Of a stretch of DNA of 64,000 bases, positions 1-10,739 are shown one piece after another. The stretch comes from Dehalococcoidia bacterium (lineage in GTDB: Bacteria; Chloroflexota; Dehalococcoidia; UBA2979). The position numbers and the translations under genes are program-made. The first letter of the stretch is position 1. Every line of letters begins with the position of its first letter. A model generated the notes under the pieces. The model had not been told where the DNA came from, did no database searches, and saw only the letters and a list, made by a program, of their open reading frames with translations. The DNA is taken from NCBI GenBank assembly GCA_963667465.2, contig CAXXDN010000001.1, positions 768,001 through 832,000 of the forward strand, given 5' to 3'.

Positions 1-71
1 GCGTGGCTTCGGCGGTCGAGTCGGTCATGGCTTCCCCCCAATGGATCAGTGCTGTGTGCGGTAGTCCGGCA

Positions 72-1862
72 TCAGGGTAGCGCGATCGCGTAGGCGATGG
101 CGCTGCGAGGCGAGGCGGCGGCCTCGCAGAGGCCGTCGGCGGGGCGGTAGGAGGCGGCCATCACGCGCCCGTGCCGCCACGCCCCGCTGCGCCGCACGCG
201 GTGCCCGCGCCGCTCGAGCTCGGCGAGCACGCCCTCCTCGATGCGCGTTTCGGCGTCGACGAGGCCGGGGTTGGCGAGGCGCGGGTAGAACGACTCGGGC
301 CAGTGCTCGCTGTGCACCGTCGGCGCGTCGATTGCCGCCTGCAGGTCCTCGAAGCCGAAGTCGACGACGTTGAGCAGGAAGTGCAGCGACCACTGGTCCT
401 GCTGATCGCCGCCCGGCGTGCCGAAGGCGAGGCGCCGTCCGTCCGGCAACTCGGCCAGCGAGGGCGTGAGCGTGGTGCGCGGGCGCTTGCCCGGCGCCAG
501 CGCGTTCGGGTGCGCCGGATCAAGGACGAACATCTGCCCCCTCGTGCCGACCGGGAAGCCGAGCTGCGGGATCGTCGGCGAGGACTGGAGCCAGCCGCCG
601 CTCGGCGTGCAGCTCGCGAGGTTGCCCCAGCGGTCGACGGCATCGCAGTGCGTCGTGTCGCCGCGGCCGGACGCGGCGAGCAGCGCCTCCGGATCGGCGC
701 GCGGCAGCCCGGCGGGACTCAGCGCCGCGCCGTCCTCGTCCCTCGCCAGCAGCGGCCAGCCCGCGGGCAGCCGGCCGCGGCCGGGCCGCAGCTCCAGCGA
801 GGCGCGCGCCGGATCGACGAGCGCGCGGCGGCGCTCGCTGTAGCCGTCGGAGAGCAGCTCGTCGAGGGGCACCTCGACGTGGGCGGGGTCACCGTAGTTC
901 GCCTCGCGGTCGGCGAAGGCGAGCTTGGCGCACTCGATCCAGGTGTGCAGTGCTGCGGCGCTATTGTGGCCCATCGCCGCGAGGTCGAAGCCCTCGAGCA
1001 GCCGCAGCTGCTGGAGCAGCACCGGGCCCTGTGACCAGGGCGGGCACTTCCAGACCGTGACGCCGCGGTAGGTGGCCGAGACGGGCGTTTCCACGGCGCC
1101 CTCGTAGCCCGCGAGGTCGGCGGCGGTCAGCAGGCCGGCGTGCGCCTCGCCCGAGGCGTCGCGCACGGGCTCGCGCAGGAATGCCTCGATCCATTCGGCG
1201 GGCTCGCCGCGGTAGAACGCGTCGCGCGCGGCGCGAATGCCGGCCTCGCGCCCGCCTCCCGCGGTCCGCTCGGCCTCGGCCATGCTCGCGAGCAGCGAGG
1301 CGAGCGCGGGGTTGCGCACCCGCTCGCCGACCGCCTTCGCGGGCAGCCAGATCGCGGCCGTCGTCGGCCACTCCGCGGCGATGCGGTCGCCGGCGATCTC
1401 GAGCAGCCGGCGGAGCGCGGGGTACATCGGGAAGCCGCGCTCGGCGAGGGCGCGGGCAGGCGCGAGCACCTCGGCGAGCGTGCGCGTGCCGAAGCGTTCG
1501 AGCAGCAGCCGCCAGGCGTCGAGGGCGCCCGGGATGGCGGCGGCCGTCAGCCCGTCGCCGGGGATGCGGTCGAGGCCGAGCGAGCGGAAGTGCTCGATCG
1601 TCGCGGCTGCCGGAGCGGCGCCCTGCCCCGAGATCGCGTGGGTCTCACCGCTCGCGGCGTCGTGGTAGAGGATCGGAGCCTCGCCGGCGAAGCCGTTCAT
1701 GTGCGGCTCCAGCACCTGCAGGGCGAATCCCATCGTGCAGGCGGCGTCGGCGGCGTTGCCGCCCTCGGCGAGCAGCTGCGCGCCAGCCTGTGCGGCGAGG
1801 TAGTGCCCGGCGCTGACGGCGCCGCCGTAGCCGCGCACGGTCGGACGGGTGGTGAACTCCAT
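72..1862 (-). CDS. ggt: Gamma-glutamyltransferase family protein
   Basis: GGNAADAA N-terminal motif, DTTH nucleophile Thr, PGKRPRTTLTP and GTPGGDQQ motifs. Confidence 0.92.
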   Translation of the reverse strand: MEFTTRPTVRGYGGAVSAGHYLAAQAGAQLLAEGGNAADAACTMGFALQVLEPHMNGFAGEAPILYHDAASGETHAISGQGAAPAAATIEHFRSLGLDRIPGDGLTAAAIPGALDAWRLLLERFGTRTLAEVLAPARALAERGFPMYPALRRLLEIAGDRIAAEWPTTAAIWLPAKAVGERVRNPALASLLASMAEAERTAGGGREAGIRAARDAFYRGEPAEWIEAFLREPVRDASGEAHAGLLTAADLAGYEGAVETPVSATYRGVTVWKCPPWSQGPVLLQQLRLLEGFDLAAMGHNSAAALHTWIECAKLAFADREANYGDPAHVEVPLDELLSDGYSERRRALVDPARASLELRPGRGRLPAGWPLLARDEDGAALSPAGLPRADPEALLAASGRGDTTHCDAVDRWGNLASCTPSGGWLQSSPTIPQLGFPVGTRGQMFVLDPAHPNALAPGKRPRTTLTPSLAELPDGRRLAFGTPGGDQQDQWSLHFLLNVVDFGFEDLQAAIDAPTVHSEHWPESFYPRLANPGLVDAETRIEEGVLAELERRGHRVRRSGAWRHGRVMAASYRPADGLCEAAASPRSAIAYAIALP

Positions 1863-2001
1863 CGTGCGAGGAGTCTAGCCGCCCACGCCTCGCGCCGGCG
1901 GAGGTTCACGCGAGCGGGCGCGTTCCGCCATAGTGGCGGGGGAGCCCTCGCCGCGGCGGCCTCGAGGCGCGCGCGGCGGGCGGTGCGGACGGAGGTCGGC
2001 G

Positions 2002-3324
2002 ATGAGCGGGACGGAGCAGTGGGGTGCGCTGAGCGGCGTGCGCGTCATGGAGTTCACAGTCGTGCTCGCCGGACCGGTCTGCGGGATGCTGCTCGCCCAG
2101 CTGGGCGCCGACGTCGTGAAGATCGAGCCGCCGATGGGCGATCCGCAGCGCCGCAACGGCAGCGTGGTCCCGGGCGAGAGCAAGCACTACCAGGCCTATA
2201 ACCACGGCAAGCGCAGCCTCGTCGTGGACCTCCGCGAGGAGCGCGGCCGCGCGCTGATCCAGCGCATCATCCCGCAGTTCGACGTGGTGCTGACCAACTA
2301 CCGCCCCGGCGTCACCAAACGCCTTGGCATCGACTACGAGACGCTGCGGCAGTACCGCCCGGACCTCGTCTATCTGGAGATGAACGCCTTCGGCTTCCAC
2401 GGCCCCGAGGCGCCCCGTGCGGGCTCGGACGTGGTCGTGCAGGCCTACGCCGGGCTGATCGCCGGCGGTGGGCAGGTCGACGATGATGGCGCGCCCCGCT
2501 CGGCACTCTCGATCGCTCTCGCCGATCACATGACGGGCACGGCCTCGGCGATGGGCATCGCGGCCGCGCTCTACCACCGCGCGCAGACCGGCGAGGGGCA
2601 GCTCGTGCGCGGCTCGCTGCTGCGCTCGACGCTGTTCGCGCAGGGCTCGGCGGTGATGCGCGAGCCGGTCACCGATGCTTCCAGCCGCGATGTGATGATG
2701 GCCGAGCTCGAGGCGATCCGTGAGCGAGGCGGCGACTACGCGGAGCAGGTCGCCGCGCACAACGAGCGGCGCGGCCTCGGCGCGGGTTTCAACCTCTACT
2801 ACGGTGGCTACCAGGCGAAGGACGGCGGGCTGTTCTTCGGCGCGCTCAGCCCCGCCGGGCGTGACACGATCCGCCGCGCTGTCGGCGCCGAGGCCGAGCG
2901 CTCCGACGACCCCGGCTACGACGTGTACGACGCCGGCAACATCGCCGAGGCGCGCCAGTGGAAGCGCACGATCCAGGAGCGAATCCGCACCAGGACCGCC
3001 GCCGAGTGGCGCGCGATCCTCGACGAGGCGGGCGGCGCGCCGGTCTCGCAGGTGCAGTTCGCCGAGCAGATGTCGGAGGACGAGCACGTCCAGGCCGAAG
3101 GCATGGTCTGGGACATCGAGCACGAGATCACCGGCCCGCAGCGCGTCGTCGGCCCGATCGTCGAGATGGAAGGCACGCCCACGCGCGTGCCGCGCGCCGC
3201 TCCGCCGCTGGGCCGCCACACCCACGACATCCTCAAGGAGCTGGGCGTCACCGAGGAGGAGCGCGCGGCACTGCTGGCCGCCAACGTGATCCGCGACGAC
3301 GCGGCAGGGCCGTCGCGGCAATGA
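2002..3324 (+). CDS. CaiB/BaiF family (class III) CoA-transferase
   Basis: LSGVRV...LAGP...LGADVVKIEPP-GD, GKRSLVVDL, PPLGRHT; ATG at 2002 after GGAGG. Confidence 0.9.
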   Translation: MSGTEQWGALSGVRVMEFTVVLAGPVCGMLLAQLGADVVKIEPPMGDPQRRNGSVVPGESKHYQAYNHGKRSLVVDLREERGRALIQRIIPQFDVVLTNYRPGVTKRLGIDYETLRQYRPDLVYLEMNAFGFHGPEAPRAGSDVVVQAYAGLIAGGGQVDDDGAPRSALSIALADHMTGTASAMGIAAALYHRAQTGEGQLVRGSLLRSTLFAQGSAVMREPVTDASSRDVMMAELEAIRERGGDYAEQVAAHNERRGLGAGFNLYYGGYQAKDGGLFFGALSPAGRDTIRRAVGAEAERSDDPGYDVYDAGNIAEARQWKRTIQERIRTRTAAEWRAILDEAGGAPVSQVQFAEQMSEDEHVQAEGMVWDIEHEITGPQRVVGPIVEMEGTPTRVPRAAPPLGRHTHDILKELGVTEEERAALLAANVIRDDAAGPSRQ

Positions 3325-4325
3325 GCCTTGCGCCCGCGCTGCGCGCGGCGATCGTCGAGGCGCTCTCGCGCTGGGACCTCGCGGGTGAGGCCGAACCGCT
3401 GGGCGGCGGAGCGGCCAACGAGCACTGGCGCATCACCGTCGAGGGCGAGGATCGCCCCTGCGTGCTGCGCCGCTACCACCCGCGCCACGACGCCGGCGAT
3501 GTCGCCTACGAGCATCGCGTGCTCGGCTTCCTCGGCGACCGCGACTGGCCGGTGGCGCCGCCGATCGCGGACGCTCGAGGGCGCACGCTCGGCGAGACCG
3601 ACGCCGGGCTGTGGGCGCTGTTTCACTGGCGCTCGGGCGAGCCCGCGCCACCCGACGCGCTGCTCTACCTGCAACGCAAGGGCGCGTTGCTGGCGCTGCT
3701 CCACACCGACCTGGCCGAGGCGCCGGACTTCGGCCAGCGCCCCGGCTTCGGGCGCGCCGACGACCTCGACGCCAACGTGCGCGCCGATGGACACGAGGGC
3801 GTCGGGGCGCTGCTCGGCTGGTACGCCGGGCGGGACGAGGCGCGGGCAGGGGTGCTCGCGGACGCCCTCGCGCGCAACAGCGAGGCGCTCGCCGAGGGCG
3901 GCTTCGCAGCGCTGCCCGACCAGCTCGTCTACTACGAGTGCCTGGGCGAGAACGTGCGCTTCCGCGACGACACCGTGACGGCGCTGTTCGACTTCGATTT
4001 CACGCATCGCAACGCGCGTGCCGCCGACATCGCGCGCAGCCTCGCCGTCGACTGCGGCGTCTCGGCGAAGCGCGCCGGTGCGTGGCTGGCCGGCTACGTG
4101 AACCTGGCGCAGCCCCCGCTCAGCGAGGCCGAGGCGGCGCTGATCGCTCCGCTGATGACGGCAGCCGAGCTGTGGAACACGGTGCTCCCGCTCTCGATCG
4201 GTGCGCGCTGGGGCAGCGAGGCGCAGCTCCGCTCCGCCGAGACCTCGATCGACCGTCGCCTCCCGTTCAGCGAGGACGCCGAGCGCCTGCTCGGCGCAGT
4301 CGCGCAGCAAGCCGCGCGCACCTGA
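3321..4325 (+). CDS. APH/homoserine-kinase-type phosphotransferase (degenerate catalytic loop)
   Basis: GGGAANEHWRI, VLRRY, LFDFD; HGDxxxxN appears as YYECLGEN; ATG overlaps upstream stop. Confidence 0.75.
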   Translation: MSLAPALRAAIVEALSRWDLAGEAEPLGGGAANEHWRITVEGEDRPCVLRRYHPRHDAGDVAYEHRVLGFLGDRDWPVAPPIADARGRTLGETDAGLWALFHWRSGEPAPPDALLYLQRKGALLALLHTDLAEAPDFGQRPGFGRADDLDANVRADGHEGVGALLGWYAGRDEARAGVLADALARNSEALAEGGFAALPDQLVYYECLGENVRFRDDTVTALFDFDFTHRNARAADIARSLAVDCGVSAKRAGAWLAGYVNLAQPPLSEAEAALIAPLMTAAELWNTVLPLSIGARWGSEAQLRSAETSIDRRLPFSEDAERLLGAVAQQAART

Positions 4326-4352
4326 CATCGAGGCAGCAGTCAGTCCGGCGAG

Positions 4353-4548
4353 CCCCCTCACCCCCGCCCGCTCCCCCAGGAGAGGGGGCCGGAGGGGCCG
4401 GATCGGGTTCGAGGGTTCGGGCGGTGCAAGCGCAGCCTGAGGGCGTGGGGGCGCAGCCCCCCGCGGCAGGCCGAGGTGCGCCCTCGGGAGTTCGCGCCAG
4501 CCGTGGCTTCGCCCCCTCACCCCAACCCGCTCCCGCCAGGGGCGAGGG
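4353..4548. repeat. REP-like palindromic repeat pair (CCCCTCACCCC(C/A)(G/A)CCC(T/G)CTCCC...GGG(A/C)GAGGG family)
   Basis: Copies at 4353-4389 and 4512-4548 with GTGGGGGCGCAGCCCCC module between; same family recurs elsewhere in window. Confidence 0.85.
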
Positions 4549-4584
4549 AGCAGGGAGGGGAGGGCCCGAGCGGAAGTGGGCAGG

Positions 4585-5457
4585 TTAGGGGAAGACGACC
4601 GTCTGGTTGCCGTGGACGAGGATGCGGCTCTCGATGTGCCAGCGCACCGCGCGGGCGAGCACGACGCGCTCGATCTCGCGGCCGCTGCGGATCAGCTCGG
4701 CGCGCGTGTCGCGGTGCGAGACGCGCGCCACGTCCTGCTCGATGATCGGACCCTCGTCCAGGTCCTCGGTCGCGTAGTGGGCGGTGGCGCCGATGATCTT
4801 CACGCCCCGCTCGCGCGCCTGGCGGTAGGGATCCGCGCCGATGAAGGCGGGCAGGAACGAGTGGTGGATGTTGATGATCGCCTCCGGGAACTCGTCGAGG
4901 ACCGTGGGCGTGAGGATCTGCATGTAGCGGGCGAGCACCACGAGGTCCACGTTTCCTCGCAGCAGCGCCAGCAGCTCCTGTTCCTGCGCGACCTTCGTCT
5001 CCCGGATAACGGGCAGGTGGTGGTAGGGCACGCCCAGCGGTTCGACATCGGACCGGAAGCGGTCGTGGTTGGAGATCACCATCGCGATGTCGGCGTGCAG
5101 CTCGCCCGAGCGCCAGCGCCAGAGCAGGTCCAGCAGGCAGTGGCCCACGTTGGAGACGAGGATCGCGATGCGCGGCCGGTTCTCGCTGTAGGAGACGCGC
5201 CAGTGCATCCCGAAGCGCGGCGCGATCTCCTCGCCGAACAGCCCGGCGATCTCGCCCGGGTTCGCGTCGAGGCCCGCCAGCTCGTACTCCATGCGCAGGA
5301 AGAAGCGCGGCTCCTCACCGCCGCTCGCGTACTCATCGGCCTGGACGATATTCGCGCCGTGCTGGAAGAGGAACTGGGAGACGCCCGCAATGATGCCGGG
5401 GCGATCCGGGCACTGCACCAACAGGCGCGCGGTCCCCTCGGTCGGCGTGTCGTTCAC
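4585..5457 (-). CDS. purU: Formyltetrahydrofolate deformylase
   Basis: ACT domain CPDRPGII, LARYMQIL, INIHHSFLPAFIGA, GVKIIGATAHY, LDEGPIIEQ; GTG start inferred. Confidence 0.95.
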   Translation of the reverse strand: MNDTPTEGTARLLVQCPDRPGIIAGVSQFLFQHGANIVQADEYASGGEEPRFFLRMEYELAGLDANPGEIAGLFGEEIAPRFGMHWRVSYSENRPRIAILVSNVGHCLLDLLWRWRSGELHADIAMVISNHDRFRSDVEPLGVPYHHLPVIRETKVAQEQELLALLRGNVDLVVLARYMQILTPTVLDEFPEAIINIHHSFLPAFIGADPYRQARERGVKIIGATAHYATEDLDEGPIIEQDVARVSHRDTRAELIRSGREIERVVLARAVRWHIESRILVHGNQTVVFP

Positions 5458-5524
5458 GAGGGCGATGATAGCCCGGTGGCCGGCTAGCGCCGACCGCAGC
5501 GCGCGGATCGTTGATACTTGCACC

Positions 5525-5929
5525 ATGGACGCGCAGCAACCTACTCGCTTCGAGCGCCTCGGCGGGCGCGCCGCCATCGAGGCGATCGCCGATACGTTCT
5601 ACGAGCGCATCGATGGCGATCCGGAGCTGCGGCCGGTCTTCCCGCCAGACCTGCGGCCGGGCCGCGACAAGCAGGCGGTGTTCCTCGAGGAGCTGTTCGG
5701 CGGCGAGGCGCGCTACGCGCAGCTCTACGGCGAGGCGGCGCTGCGCCGCCGGCATCGCGCGTTCACGATCACGGAGCTCGGCGCCGAGCGTTGGCTGGAG
5801 CACTTCGCCGCGGCGCTCGAGGCACACGCGGTTGAGGAAGCGCTCGCCCGCGAGATCATGGACGCCCTGCGCCCGCTGGCGCTGCGCATGGTCAACACCC
5901 TGGAGGTCGTTACGCGCCTCGACGGGTAG
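5525..5929 (+). CDS. Truncated hemoglobin (group II-like globin)
   Basis: FERLGG..I...ADTFYERI..DPELRPVFP, FGG...Y, LRRRH.AFTI, W motifs. Confidence 0.85.
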   Translation: MDAQQPTRFERLGGRAAIEAIADTFYERIDGDPELRPVFPPDLRPGRDKQAVFLEELFGGEARYAQLYGEAALRRRHRAFTITELGAERWLEHFAAALEAHAVEEALAREIMDALRPLALRMVNTLEVVTRLDG

Positions 5930-6653
5930 CGACGTGCAGCGCGACCGTGCCGAGGCCGAAGCGGCGGATCGCTGCCGCCTCGAAGCCCGCGTCCTCGATC
6001 CGCTCCGCCAGCTCCGAGGCCGCCGGGAAGTGGTCGACGGAGTCCGGCAGGTAACGGTAGGCCGAGGGGTGGCGCGTGATCATGCGCCCGAGCAGCGGCA
6101 CCACCCGCTCGAAGTGGAAGCGCGCGAGCGGTCGCAGCCAGCCGCGCTCGATCCTCGTGATCTCCAGCACGCCGATCCGTCCGCCGGGGCGCAGCACGCG
6201 CCGCGCCTCGGCGAGCGCGGCGTCGAGGTCCGGGATGTTGCGCAGCACAAAGGCGGCGCACCAGACATCGACGCTCGCGTCGGCCAGCGGCAGCCGTGTC
6301 GCGTCGGCGGCGGCGAAGGAGCTGGACGCCGTCAGCCGCGCGCCGGCCTTGCCGCGCGCGATCGCGAGCATCGGCTCGGCAAAGTCCACGCCGAGCACGG
6401 CCCCCGCGCCGCGCGCCGCGCAGTCGAACGCGAGGTCCCCGGTGCCGCAGCCGACATCGAGGACGGTGTCGCCGGGACGGACGAGGGCGCGCGCGGTGGC
6501 GCGTCGCCAGGCGCTGTGGCGGCCGCCGGTCATGACGGTGTTCATCAGGTCGTAGCGCCCGGCGATCTCGCCGAACATCGAGCGGACGTACCCCGCGCGC
6601 GCGGTGTCGTCCTCGAACAGCGTCGGCTCGCCGCGTGCGTCTCGTCGCGTCAT
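5910..6653 (-). CDS. menG: Demethylmenaquinone/ubiquinone methyltransferase (MenG/UbiE)
   Basis: MFGEIAGRYDLMN, LDVGCGTGDL, LRNIPD, AYRYLPDSV. Confidence 0.88.
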   Translation of the reverse strand: MTRRDARGEPTLFEDDTARAGYVRSMFGEIAGRYDLMNTVMTGGRHSAWRRATARALVRPGDTVLDVGCGTGDLAFDCAARGAGAVLGVDFAEPMLAIARGKAGARLTASSSFAAADATRLPLADASVDVWCAAFVLRNIPDLDAALAEARRVLRPGGRIGVLEITRIERGWLRPLARFHFERVVPLLGRMITRHPSAYRYLPDSVDHFPAASELAERIEDAGFEAAAIRRFGLGTVALHVATRRGA

Positions 6654-6772
6654 GCGGCGAGCCTACGACGCGGGCGCGGCGGGCAGGAAGCCCGCGGCTC
6701 GCGTGGTCGCTATACTGCGGGCACTCCCCGGCCTCTGTTCGCAACTCCACCGCGCCCGCGCGAGGTTCCGCG

Positions 6773-7833
6773 ATGCTGCGCCTGCTGCCCTGGTCTCCCG
6801 AGTACGGCAGCGCCATGCAGGCCGACCCTGAGTCGTTCGACGGCGCGGACGAAGGCCTGCGAGCCGACACGTCCGTCGAGGGCGAGTGGCGCGCGCGGCG
6901 ACCCTCGGGCGAGCCGCCCGGCGCAGTGCAGATCGTCGACGGCGTGCGGCGCGTCGAGGCGCACGCCATCGACGACCTCGCGGACGGGGAGACGGCGTTC
7001 GGGCTGTTCGGCTCCTACGCCGTCGGCGCCGTGCGCTGCGAGGGCGCTCGCTCCTGGGTGCTCGACGGCGACGCGCCGGAGGGGGATCGGCTGCGTGTGT
7101 TCCGCGTCTACCTGCAGGGCGGCGGCGAGCCGCGCGACCAGGAAGTCGCGGCGGGCGCGCTGCGGTTGCGCTTCCGCGCGCGCGTCGAGAACAGCGCGCG
7201 CACCTCGAATCAGCTGGCCGACGTGCTCCAGCGCTCGATGCTCGATGCGGAGGCGCAGCTTGCCGAGGCGCTCGCCGAGGACGAGAGCGCGCTCACGATC
7301 GTGGACGGGCCGCTGCGGCTGCGCTCCGTCGAGCAGCGCGTGGCGGGCTACATCAAGCGCATCCAGTCCTGGTACATCGGCGCGCACGAGTTCCCGCTCC
7401 TCGGCGAGCTTGCGGTGGGCGAGCGCACGTCGCTGTTCCGGATCCCCGGCGGCGGCGAGGCGGGCAGCCGCGGCCGCCCCGATCGCTACGCCTGGTACCT
7501 GCGGATCGCCGACCTGGGGCCGCACTACCACCAGCTGTCCGGCATCGTGCGCCTCGAGGCGCCCGGCGCGCTGCCGCTCGGTGCTGCGGCGCGGCTGGCC
7601 GACGAGTGTGCGCTGGCGCTGCCGCGGCTCGCCTCCTCGCCGGTGCGCGATCCGCGCGCACCGCAGAACCTGACGCCCGTCGGCGCGCTCGAGTCGCTGC
7701 TGACGCGGCGGCTCGGCGAGCGCGAGTGGGTGCGACGGCTGATCGCGAGCGCGCTGCGCGCCGTACCCGAACCCCTCGATCCAGCCCCGCCCGGGGATGC
7801 GCTGCTCTCCGCGAACGGCGCCGGAGGTGCGCG

Positions 7834-7840
<7 letters not shown>
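6773..7840 (+). CDS. nurA: NurA-family nuclease
   Basis: VDGVRRVE, VDGPL, GYIK, DPRAPQNL-PV-ALE motifs; first gene of herA-sbcD-sbcC operon. Confidence 0.8.
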
Positions 7841-9524
<1,684 letters not shown>

Positions 9525-9528
<4 letters not shown>

Positions 9529-10739
9529 GGCTGCTGCACACCGCCGACTGGCATGTCGGCCGCACGATGCGCGGCCGCAGCCGCACGGCCGAGTTCGAGG
9601 CGGTGCTGGCCGAGCTCATCGCGATCGCGCGCGACGAGGAGGTCGAGGCGCTGCTCGTCTGCGGCGACATCTGGGACAAGGCGACGCCCTCGCCGGAATC
9701 GGATCGGCTGGTCTTCGAGGCGCTGCGCGAGTGTGTGGGGCACGGCATCCAGGCCGTGCTGCTCGCCGGCAACCACGACAATCCGCGCAAGCTCGAGGCG
9801 CTGGGCCTGCTCTCCGAGCTGCTCGGCGTGCAGACCCAGCACGAGGTGCTGCGGCCCAACGCCGGGGGCGTGCTGACCATCGAGGGCCGCGAGCACGTCG
9901 CCCGGATCGCCGCCGTGCCCTTCATCACCGAGGGCCGCTACGTGGACGCGGCGGCCGTGATGGGCCTGCAGGAGGACTGGTGGGGCGCCTACGCGGACGG
10001 CGTCACGGGCATCCTGCGCGCGATCTGCGACGGGTTCGGCGACGAGCCCGCCGTCAACATCCTCGCGACGCACATCTTCGTCGACGGCTCACGCGTCGCG
10101 CGGGTCGATGGCTCCGAGCGCCTGCTGCACATCGGGCAGACCTATGGGATCAACGCGCCGCAGCTGCCGATCACGCCGCAGTACATCGCGCTCGGCCACG
10201 TGCACGAGCCACAGGAGATCCTCGCGGCGCCCGTGCCGACGGCCTACAGCGGCTCGTTGCTGCAACTCGACTTCGGCGAGCGCGGGCAGCAGAAGGTCGT
10301 GCGCATCATCGACGCCGTGCCAGGGCAGCCGGTGACGCACACGGCCGTGCCGCTCAGCAAGGGCCGCCCGCTCGCCGAGCTGCGCGGCAGCGTCGACGAG
10401 GTGCTGGCACAAGCCGGCGACCATCGTGAGACGCACCTGCGCGTGTACCTCGATGTCGAGCGGCCGGAGCCCGGCATCGCCGACCGTGTGCGCGAGGCGC
10501 TGCCCAACGCCGTCGACGTGCAGCTTGACTACGAGCCCGCGGAGGACGAGGGGGCGGTCGAGGCGTTCGGCCAGCTCAGCGCCGCCGAGCTGTTCACCCG
10601 CTACTACCTCGCGCAGCACGGCGCGGAGCCCGTCCCGGAGCTGCTTGCCCTGTTCCAGGAGCTGCTCGCGGAGGTCGACGACGTGCAGACGGCGGAAGCG
10701 GCCGGCGAGCCGCCCGCCCAGGCGGCGGTCGTGCCATGA
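9525..10739 (+). CDS. sbcD: SbcD/Mre11 exonuclease
   Basis: LHTADWHVG, GDIWD, GNHD, YIALGHVH, YSGS metallophosphoesterase motifs. Confidence 0.95.

Noticed and set aside
1-28. Start of a minus-strand gene running off the window (ATG at 28)
   Set aside because: Only about 9 codons visible; product cannot be assigned
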